A stretch of 63,930 bases of DNA, filler included, from Sandaracinaceae bacterium (lineage in GTDB: Bacteria; Myxococcota_A; Polyangia; Polyangiales; JADJQN01), in NCBI GenBank assembly GCA_947483975.1. It is 4 parts of 4 records of this genome, joined end to end, with 100 filler letters (N's around TTAATTAATTAA, not from the genome) between each part and the next. Parts side by side here need not be neighbours in the genome. Positions count along the whole stretch, not along the records: positions 16,517 to 32,930 come from CANKOL010000081.1; positions 33,031 to 49,278 come from CANKOL010000083.1; 2 more parts are not named here. The stretch is one strand, 5' to 3'. Numbering within the stretch: the stretch's first letter is position 1; each line of letters begins with the position of its first letter. The notes under the pieces were generated by a model, which made no database searches, was not told where the DNA came from, and saw only the letters and a program-made list of their open reading frames with translations. The translations under genes were made by a program, and so were the position numbers. Shown here piece by piece: positions 27,026 through 34,598 of this stretch.

Positions 27026-27511
27026 GTGACGCTGGGCTCTCTCGTGCGGCTCGGCTATTTCTTCTTTCGTCAGCTGCTCCGGCGCGTCACGTCTCGCAAG
27101 AGCGGGCTGCTCCAGTTCGGGGAGAACTACGACGCCGACCGCCTCCGCCCTATGACGAGCGAGGACCGCGCGCAGTTACCGAGTTTTTCGGGCTGCATCG
27201 CGTGCGGCATGTGCGACGCGGTGTTCGACGCCTACGACCGCACGGCGCGCGGGGAATTCCGCGGCCCGAGCGATCTGCCGCTCGCGTACACGCGCAACCT
27301 CCCGGACTACGACGCGCTCCCGACCTTCGTGAAGCACCTGCGCAAAGGCGACCTCGAGGCGCTCGAGCGCGTGTGCCCCGCCCGGATCCCCTTCCGGCGT
27401 TTGGCGGTCTTCGTCGACCGCCGCGCCGCGGAGCTAGGCGCCGCCCCGTCGCTCGCCGCCGGTCAGGTCATCGAGCCCGCCCGCGGGCGCGACAAGCACG
27501 ATCCCGGCTGA
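27026..27511 (+). CDS. Hypothetical protein with one [4Fe-4S] ligand set
   Basis: GAGGAG RBS; CIACGMC and distal VCPARIP. Confidence 0.65.
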   Translation: MTLGSLVRLGYFFFRQLLRRVTSRKSGLLQFGENYDADRLRPMTSEDRAQLPSFSGCIACGMCDAVFDAYDRTARGEFRGPSDLPLAYTRNLPDYDALPTFVKHLRKGDLEALERVCPARIPFRRLAVFVDRRAAELGAAPSLAAGQVIEPARGRDKHDPG

Positions 27512-27558
27512 CGACCGCCATACGACGCTCGAAGCCCCAAGAACGAGGAAGAAACGCG

Positions 27559-27897
27559 ATGTCCTGTCTCTTTTGCAAGCTCGTCGAAGGCACGATCCCC
27601 GCGAAGCTCGTCGTCGACGAGCCCGATGTGCTCGCGTTCCACGACCTGCACCCCGCGTCCCCGACGCACGTGCTCGTCATCCCGAAGAAGCACCTCGCCT
27701 CCCTCGCGGACGCGACCGCGGACGACGCCCCCTTGCTCGGCCGACTACTGACCGTCGCACGCGAGGTCGCCGAGAAACTGGGCCTCGAGAGCGGCTACCG
27801 GGTGGTCATCAACACCGGCGAGCACGGCGGACAGAGCGTCCATCACCTGCACCTGCACGTGCTCGGCGGGCGGCACCACAGCTGGCCTCCGGGCTGA
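27559..27897 (+). CDS. hinT: Histidine triad nucleotide-binding protein
   Basis: MSCLFCK..G.IPA, AFHDLHP.SP.HVLVIPKKH, GGQSVHHLHLHVLGG, WPPG*. Confidence 0.92.
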   Translation: MSCLFCKLVEGTIPAKLVVDEPDVLAFHDLHPASPTHVLVIPKKHLASLADATADDAPLLGRLLTVAREVAEKLGLESGYRVVINTGEHGGQSVHHLHLHVLGGRHHSWPPG

Positions 27898-27928
27898 CCC
27901 GCGGCATCCAGCCCGCTGCGCGCGCGGC

Positions 27929-29002
27929 TCAGCCGTCGTCGCGCGTGCGGCTCAGGTTTTCAGCCTGATAGCTCGTGCGCAGCGCCGTGAAGAGCTCGTC
28001 GAGATCGCCGTTCATCACCGCGTCTAGCTTGTGCAGCGTCAGCCCGATGCGGTGGTCGGTGACGCGATTCTGCGGGTAGTTGTACGTGCGGATCTTCTCC
28101 GAACGGTCCCCACTGCCCACCATGGCGTTGCGGTTCGCCGACACCGACGCGGCTTGCGCGTCCTGCGCCCGCTCGAGCAAGCGCGCGCGGAGGATCTTCA
28201 TCGCCTTCGCCTTGTTCTTGAGCTGCGAGCGCTCGTCCTGGCACTTCACGATGAGGCCGCTCGGCTTGTGCTGGATCTGCACGGCGGAGTTCGTGGTGTT
28301 CACGCCCTGCCCGCCCGGCCCGCCCGACGCCGCGATGTTGATCTCGAGATCCTTCTCGTCGATGAAGACGTCGACCTCGTCGGCCTCAGGCAGGACGGCG
28401 ACCGTGGCCGTCGACGTGTGAATGCGCCCCTGCGCCTCCGTCGCGGGCACGCGCTGCACGCGATGCACGCCCCCCTCGAAGCGCAGCTGCGAGTAGACGC
28501 GGAGACCACTGACGAGCGCGACGAGCTCCTTCAAGCCGCCGGCCTGAGCCTCGCTCGTCGACAAGATCTCGATGCGCCAGCCCCGCTTCTCCGCGTAGCG
28601 CCCGTACATCCGGAACAAGTCTGCCGCGAAGAGCGCCGCCTCCTCGCCCCCGGTGCCCGAGCGGATCTCGAGGATCGTGTTGCGCAGGTCGCTCGGGTCG
28701 TTCGGCAGCAGCAGCTCCTCGAGCTTGGTCTCGAGCTCCGACCTCTTGCGCTCGAGCTGAGGAATCTCCTCGAGCACGAGGTCGCGCAGCTCCGGATCCT
28801 CGAGCGCCGCGCGGTCGTCCGCGAGCTGCTTCTCGACCGCGAGATACTCGCCGTACGCCCGCACGATCTCGTCGAGCTCGCCGCGCTCGCGGCTGAGCAG
28901 CGTGTAGCGATTGGAGTCCCCGAGCACATCGGGCTGGCAGAGCTGCTCCTCGAGCTCGCGGAAGCGAGCGCTCAGAGAGTCGAGCTTAGCGGTCGGCAGC
29001 AT
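27929..29002 (-). CDS. prfA: Peptide chain release factor 1
   Basis: GGEEAALFA, HRVQRVPATE (PxT), GPGGQ, RTYNYPQNRVTDHRI. Confidence 0.97.
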   Translation of the reverse strand: MLPTAKLDSLSARFRELEEQLCQPDVLGDSNRYTLLSRERGELDEIVRAYGEYLAVEKQLADDRAALEDPELRDLVLEEIPQLERKRSELETKLEELLLPNDPSDLRNTILEIRSGTGGEEAALFAADLFRMYGRYAEKRGWRIEILSTSEAQAGGLKELVALVSGLRVYSQLRFEGGVHRVQRVPATEAQGRIHTSTATVAVLPEADEVDVFIDEKDLEINIAASGGPGGQGVNTTNSAVQIQHKPSGLIVKCQDERSQLKNKAKAMKILRARLLERAQDAQAASVSANRNAMVGSGDRSEKIRTYNYPQNRVTDHRIGLTLHKLDAVMNGDLDELFTALRTSYQAENLSRTRDDG

Positions 29003-29011
29003 GACTCGGGC

Positions 29012-30046
29012 TCAGACCGGCGACGCCGCGGCGGGCGCGCGAAGCGAGGACCGCACGGCGGTCACGAAGGCCGCAAACGTTGGGAACACGAGCGGAACTT
29101 CGTCCGCGTGCACGTCAGCGCCCACGCGCTCGCGCCAGATCGCAGACTCCATCGCCGCGATCGCGATCTCGATCTGCGCGTCGTCGGGCTCGCGCGTCGT
29201 GATCTTCTGAAAGAGAAAGCCGGGCCAGAGGAGCGCGCGCAGCGGCCCCGTCGTGCAGTAGCGCGCGGTGAAGCGCTGAAACTCGAACGAGATCGCGGCG
29301 ATGAAGGGCAGCAGCGCGATGCGAAGCGCGAGCGTCTGAAGCTGCCCGAGCAAGCCGCTGACGTGCGGGAGCACGAGCGGCGTCACGATGGCGCCGACCA
29401 GGATGGACACGGCCACGACGACCACGAGGAACGTCGTGCCGCAGCGCGGATGCAGCGTCGTCTGCGCGCGGACGTTCTCCACCGACAGGGGCAGCCCCTT
29501 CTCGTAGGTCGAGATCGTCTTGTGCTCAGCTCCGTGATACTGGAAAACCCGTCGCATATCGGGCAATCGGGAAATTAGCAGGAGATAGCCGAGCAAGATG
29601 AGAAGCTGGAATCCGCCCGTAAGCAGGTGAAAACGCGGATCCTGGACCCCGCCGAGACCGAGGAACGTACTCGCGGCCCAGCCGAGCCCCTGCGGCGCGC
29701 CCTTGAAGAGCAGGAGCGCGAAGACGATCGACACGACGCCGACCCACTTGCCGCCGCCCGAGCCGTCGTCCGGCAGCGGGTTGCCCTGCTCGTCGACCAT
29801 CTGCTGCTGCGCGGAGAACTGCAGCGCGCGCATCCCGATCGACAGCGACTCGACGAGGGTCACGACGCCACGGACCAGCGGCAGCTTTCGCAGCGGCGAG
29901 GTCGCCAGCTTCGAGCGCGTCGGGCCCTCCTGCACCGCAATCCCGCCGTCGGGGCGCCTCACCGCGATCGACAGGCAGCCCGGCGCGCGCATCATCACAC
30001 CCTCGATGACGGCCTGGCCTCCGATGTACGGCTTGTTGTCGCTCAT
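29012..30046 (-). CDS. DUF1385 (YqhQ-like) membrane protein
   Basis: GGQAVIEGVMM, RVFQYHGAEHK, HPRCGT.F, QKITTREP. Confidence 0.92.
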   Translation of the reverse strand: MSDNKPYIGGQAVIEGVMMRAPGCLSIAVRRPDGGIAVQEGPTRSKLATSPLRKLPLVRGVVTLVESLSIGMRALQFSAQQQMVDEQGNPLPDDGSGGGKWVGVVSIVFALLLFKGAPQGLGWAASTFLGLGGVQDPRFHLLTGGFQLLILLGYLLLISRLPDMRRVFQYHGAEHKTISTYEKGLPLSVENVRAQTTLHPRCGTTFLVVVVAVSILVGAIVTPLVLPHVSGLLGQLQTLALRIALLPFIAAISFEFQRFTARYCTTGPLRALLWPGFLFQKITTREPDDAQIEIAIAAMESAIWRERVGADVHADEVPLVFPTFAAFVTAVRSSLRAPAAASPV

Positions 30047-30165
30047 GGCGGGGGCACTCTAAGGCGCGCTGTCGATGACGTCACGCGGATGGCTCGCCAT
30101 CGACGGACGACAAACGCCGGCGGCCGCACGAGGCGTCCACCGGCGTGACGAAGCGAGCGCGAGGC

Positions 30166-30396
30166 TCAGACCTCTTTGGTCTCGGGCTTCGGCGCGTCCT
30201 TGACGGCGTACTTGCGGCGGAAGCGCTCGACACGGCCGGCCGTGTCCATGATCTTCTGCTTGCCCGTGTAGAACGGGTGGCACTGGCTGCAGACGTCGAC
30301 CGAGTATGAGCCCGTCGTGGAACGGAGCTGGCCGACCGAGCCGCACGCGCACTTGATCGTGGCGTCGCTGTACGTGGGATGAATGTCAGGCTTCAT
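30166..30396 (-). CDS. rpmE: 50S ribosomal protein L31 (Zn-binding type)
   Basis: [34 protein letters not shown]. Confidence 0.97.
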   Translation of the reverse strand: MKPDIHPTYSDATIKCACGSVGQLRSTTGSYSVDVCSQCHPFYTGKQKIMDTAGRVERFRRKYAVKDAPKPETKEV

Positions 30397-30616
30397 TGGG
30401 GCAATCCTCTCGCTCCGCGGATAGGAGCCGGGGCGATTTAGTGCAAGAGTGACCCGATCGCAAGTGAAGACGACTCAGGGAGGTCCTCGAGCGCTGCACT
30501 TCGTCGAAAACTTGCGGCGCCGAGGGGCAGCGGGGTAACAGCCGTGAAGGGGCCTCGCAGCCCGCGCTCGCTCGTGGCCGCTCGGCCCGCACCTGCTGGA
30601 AGGACCCGAAAGCCCC

Positions 30617-30895
30617 ATGGCGCAGAAGCAGATTCAACTCGTCGCTCGCGGCCGAGTGCAAGGCGTGTACTACCGGGCCTCCGCGCAGCGTGAGGCCAAG
30701 CGACTCGGGCTCACGGGCTGGGTGAAGAACCGCACGGATGGCGCGGTGGAGATGGTCGTCGAGGGCGAGGAGGACCAGGTGAAGGACTTCCTCGCCTGGG
30801 CCCAGCACGGCCCGGCGACTGCCCGCGTCGAGAAAGTGGAGACCCGATGGCGCAGCTACACAGGCGAATTCGCCGACTTCCGCATCATCGGCTGA
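30617..30895 (+). CDS. acyP: Acylphosphatase
   Basis: GRVQGVYYR, GLTGWVKN..DG.VE, GP..ARV. Confidence 0.95.
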   Translation: MAQKQIQLVARGRVQGVYYRASAQREAKRLGLTGWVKNRTDGAVEMVVEGEEDQVKDFLAWAQHGPATARVEKVETRWRSYTGEFADFRIIG

Positions 30896-30915
30896 CCGCT
30901 CGAGTCGGTTTCGGC

Positions 30916-32379
30916 GTGCTCGTCGGTGCGCTGCTGTGGCTCAGCACCGCGGCGGCGCGTGCCCAAACTCCAGCGTCGACGCTCGTCGGCGCGGCGGAAC
31001 TCGGCGCCCTCGCAGAGCGCCTCGGAAGCGATGACCCGGCGGCGCGCGAGGCCGCCGTGGCTGCACTTCGTGCGCTCGACGAGGACGCTCTCCCCGGCAT
31101 CGAGGCGCGGATCGTCAGCCTTGCCGGGCACCGGCCGCCGGCCGCCGATGTCAGCGCAGCGATCGCGGACATTCGACACGGCGCAGGCAGTCGCCGCGCG
31201 GACGACCAGATCGATATCGGTCCGGGCGTGCTGCCTGCGCTGGCCGTGCGACACGACGCGACGCTGGTGGCCGTGTGCGAGAGCGTGGTCTTGTGGCGCG
31301 CGCTCGAGAGCATCGGGACGACCGCGTCGTACCGCATGCTCGCCGACCTCGTCGCGCTCGACGGCGCGCCCTGGGAGGCAGAGACCCATCGCTTCGTCGA
31401 GCGCGTCGGCGTGCGACTCGGACCGATGCTGATCGCCGTGCGAAACCATCCGAACACGATGGTCCGGCGCTGGTCCCGCTGGGCAGGGACGGAGCTCGGC
31501 TTCGATGTCCCGGGGCGCGCGATTCAGCTTCCAGCGGTCGCGCACGACAGCACCCTGCTCGCCGACACGCTGCAGGCCTACGGCGCGGTGCGCCAGATGG
31601 ATGCCATGCGCGTCCTCGCGTCCTACGTCGGGAGTCAGCACGCCCAGGTGCGGGAGGCCGCGCGGGCGTCCCTGGCGCTGTTCGGACGAAACGCGATCTG
31701 GGCGATGCGGGAGCAGCTCGAGCTCGTCACCGGCCAAGACGCGAATCCCGAGTGGGGTTGGGAGCGCACGATGACCGCGCTCTACGCGGCGCACGACGAC
31801 GCTCGGCTCGCGCCCGTGCGAGCGGAGCTAGCCGCCGGCCAAGCTGCGGCGGCGCGGGCGGACTTCGAAGAGATGGGCCGCCACTACGCGGCGGTCCTCC
31901 TCCGCGCGCCGGAGCTCGCCCAGCGCGACCAGATGGCGGCGGGCTACGCGAGCCTCGGCGAGCTACGCCGCAGCCATGCCGATCCGACAGGCGCAGAGCA
32001 CGCCTACCGCCGCGCGGTGTTCCTCGCGCCCACGCACGCTCAAGCTCCCTCGTGGAAGTGCGCCCTGCTCGCCCTCCACGCGGACCTCGAGCTCTCGCGC
32101 GGAGTCGCTGACCTACACGCGTACCAACGAGTCCTCGAGCTCGCGCCGGCCGACGTTCGTGCCCGAGAAGTGCTCGACCGGGTGAGCGGTGCACACGCCT
32201 CCCGTGACCGCGTGAAACGCCGCGTAGCCGCGGGCGCTGCCGCGCTGCTGCTGCTCGTCGCCGCCGTCACTGCCCTGAGCTATCGATCCAAGCGGCTGAC
32301 CGTGCGCGCGCCGAACCCCGCCGAAGTCTCCGACGACAGCGACACCTCACCAGGCTCGCTCACCGCGCCCGCTGCCTGA
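30916..32379 (+). CDS. Hypothetical HEAT/TPR-like helical protein with signal peptide and C-terminal TM (start uncertain)
   Basis: Long GC3-rich ORF; AAARA signal end; VREAARASLALFG; AEHAYRRAVFLAP. Confidence 0.65.
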   Translation: MLVGALLWLSTAAARAQTPASTLVGAAELGALAERLGSDDPAAREAAVAALRALDEDALPGIEARIVSLAGHRPPAADVSAAIADIRHGAGSRRADDQIDIGPGVLPALAVRHDATLVAVCESVVLWRALESIGTTASYRMLADLVALDGAPWEAETHRFVERVGVRLGPMLIAVRNHPNTMVRRWSRWAGTELGFDVPGRAIQLPAVAHDSTLLADTLQAYGAVRQMDAMRVLASYVGSQHAQVREAARASLALFGRNAIWAMREQLELVTGQDANPEWGWERTMTALYAAHDDARLAPVRAELAAGQAAAARADFEEMGRHYAAVLLRAPELAQRDQMAAGYASLGELRRSHADPTGAEHAYRRAVFLAPTHAQAPSWKCALLALHADLELSRGVADLHAYQRVLELAPADVRAREVLDRVSGAHASRDRVKRRVAAGAAALLLLVAAVTALSYRSKRLTVRAPNPAEVSDDSDTSPGSLTAPAA

Positions 32380-32408
32380 GCATCGCTCGGCCGGAGCGCT
32401 CTCTGCCG

Positions 32409-32930
32409 CTACGCGGAAGCCAACGGCGGACGCCGAGACGGGCGGTTTGGCTTCGGCGCGTCGGCGCCAGTGAGGTTCTCGACGCTCGCGCGCAGCTTGT
32501 TCGCGGAGTACGCACGCGACGCGGACCGAAGATGAAGCTCCGCAGGGCCAGGCTCCTGCTCCCTGGACGCTTCGGCCGGTGGGTCGTGCAGCACGACCGG
32601 CGGCTGAGGCGCCGCCGCGACCTCCCTCGCCGCCAGCCCAATGACCTCGGCGTGCATCTCGACATGGAGCGGCTCCGGCGCGCCCTCCGCCCCGTCGTCC
32701 CCATCCTCGAGAAGCGCGAGCCCGAGCCAAGCGAGTCGACGCGCCAGCTGTACCCGCTCGCTCGCGGGTACTGCGCGCGGACCGTCTAGGTGACCGTCGG
32801 GCAAAGCCCCTGCGGCCCACGGTGCGGCGCTACCGCGGCTCGTGCGCGGCGACGTGGCATCGAGCCCCTGAGCGATCTGGAGGCGGCGAAGAGCGCCGAG
32901 GTCGCTTCTTTGGGCTTCCGCGAGGCCGTA
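32409..32930 (-). CDS. Hypothetical protein, 5'-partial
   Basis: Minus frame open from the contig end to TAG at 32409; no recognisable motif. Confidence 0.35.
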   Translation of the reverse strand, partial: YGLAEAQRSDLGALRRLQIAQGLDATSPRTSRGSAAPWAAGALPDGHLDGPRAVPASERVQLARRLAWLGLALLEDGDDGAEGAPEPLHVEMHAEVIGLAAREVAAAPQPPVVLHDPPAEASREQEPGPAELHLRSASRAYSANKLRASVENLTGADAPKPNRPSRRPPLASA

Positions 32931-33030
32931 NNNNNNNNNNNNNNNNNNNNNNNNNNNNNNNNNNNNNNNNNNNNTTAATTAATTAANNNNNNNNNNNNNN
33001 NNNNNNNNNNNNNNNNNNNNNNNNNNNNNN
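32931..33030. other. Artificial contig linker
   Basis: N44-TTAATTAATTAA-N44. Confidence 0.98.
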
Positions 33031-34463
33031 AGGCGCCCGACCTGACCGCGCTCCTCGCGCCGACCGCGCCCGCCGAGGCCGCGCTCGCGAGCGCCTACGC
33101 CGCGTACGCGCCGCTGCGCGCGTATCTCGTTGACACGATGCGCGATCCGGCGACGGTGCTGACCGGCGCGGTCTTCACGACGCAGCCCGCCGACGAGCTC
33201 GCGCCGCGCCTCCGTGAGGTGCTCCATGCGGCGTCCGCGCCGACGCTCTTCGACGTCGAGCGCTGCGACACGGGCGTCACCTCGCCTTGCGACGACGGCA
33301 CCCCGCAGCGCGCGTGCGTCGCCGAGGGCGCGGACTTCCTCGAGCTTCATGGGCGCATCGCGCTGCCGATCTTTCAGCGCGGGACCGAGCCCTACGAGAA
33401 CCCGGAGGACGGCGGCGGCATCGAGCGCGACTCGTCGGGCGCGCCGACGATCGCGCGCACCGAGAACGTCTGCTTCGCGCTGACGGTGCCGAAGGCGCCG
33501 ATGCCCGCCGAGGGCTGGCCGCTGCTGCTCTACGCGCACGGCACGGGCGGCTCGTTCCGCGGCGCGGCGACGGAGTTCGCGACGGAGCTCTCTGCCGCGG
33601 GCTCACCCGTGCTCGCCGCGACGCTCGCGATCGATCTGCCCGAGCACGGCGCGCGCCGCGGCGCGAGCACGCGCCCGCCCGAGGAGCTCTTCTACAATTT
33701 CGCCAACCCGCGCGCGGCGCGCGACAACGTCGCGCAGGGCGCGGCGGACCTCTACTCGCTCGTGTACTTCGCGACGACGTACGCGGCGGACGCGGCGACC
33801 TCGCCGACGGGGGAGGCGCTCTCCTTCGACGCGACGCGCATCGCGCTCTTCGCGCACTCGCAGGGCGCGACGCACGCGTCGCTGATGCTGCCGTGGGAGC
33901 CGGGCCTCGCGGCGGTCGTGCTCTCGGGCGACGGCGGCGACCTCACGCAGTCGCTGCTGACCAAGCGGAGCCCCGTCGACATCGCCCGCGTGCTGCCGCT
34001 CGCGCTCCTCGACGTGGACGGCACGGGCGGGCTCTCCGGCGGCGAATGGCACCCGGTGCTCGGGCTCTTTCAGCAGTACTTCGACAGCGTGGACCCCGTG
34101 AATTACGCGCGGCGCTTCGCGTCGGAGCCGCCCGCGGGAGACACAGGGCGGGACCTCTTCATGACGTACGGGCCGGGCGACACGTACTCGACGGAGCGGA
34201 CGATGCAGTCCCTCGCGCTCGCGGCGGGCTTCCCGATCGTGCGCCCGGTGCTCGTCGACTTCGGGCTGCCGCAGGTCGACGCGCCGCTGAGCGCCAACCG
34301 CGCGGTCGGTGCGGGCACGCGCACGCAGGGCTTGCGTCAATACGCGCCGAGCCCCGGCGAAGACGGGCACTTCGTGTCGACGAACACGACGCAGGGCCGC
34401 GCGGATTCGCTGCGCTTCGTGCGTGGCGCGCTCGCTGGCGGAGTGCCGACGATCGGCGAGTGA
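33031..34463 (+). CDS. Alpha/beta-hydrolase (lipase-like) protein, 5'-partial
   Basis: Open from the contig start; WPLLLYAHGTGG, AIDLPEHG.R, RDNVAQGAAD, nucleophile elbow AHSQG, DP.NY, DGHFV. Confidence 0.75.
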
Positions 34464-34471
34464 TGCGCTGA

Positions 34472-34593
34472 AGAGCTGTCGCAAAATGCCCGATAGCGGC
34501 TTACGTCCTCACGCAGACCCTGCGAAATACAGGAGTATTCCTCGGGTCTGCGCTCCGGGCGCGCTCGCTCTCGGACTATTTTTCTACAGCTCT
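34472..34593. mobile_element. MITE-like element (122 bp)
   Basis: Imperfect ~28-bp terminal inverted repeats (AGAGCTGTCGCAAAATGCCCGATAGCG versus reverse complement AGAGCTGTAGAAAAATAGTCCGAGAGCG), TGA direct repeat on both flanks, internal hairpin at 34512-34552. Confidence 0.7.
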
Positions 34594-34598
34594 TGAGA

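Noticed and set aside
30397..30616. Riboswitch or ncRNA between rpmE and acyP
   Set aside because: No recognisable conserved motif by eye; an Rfam scan would be needed.
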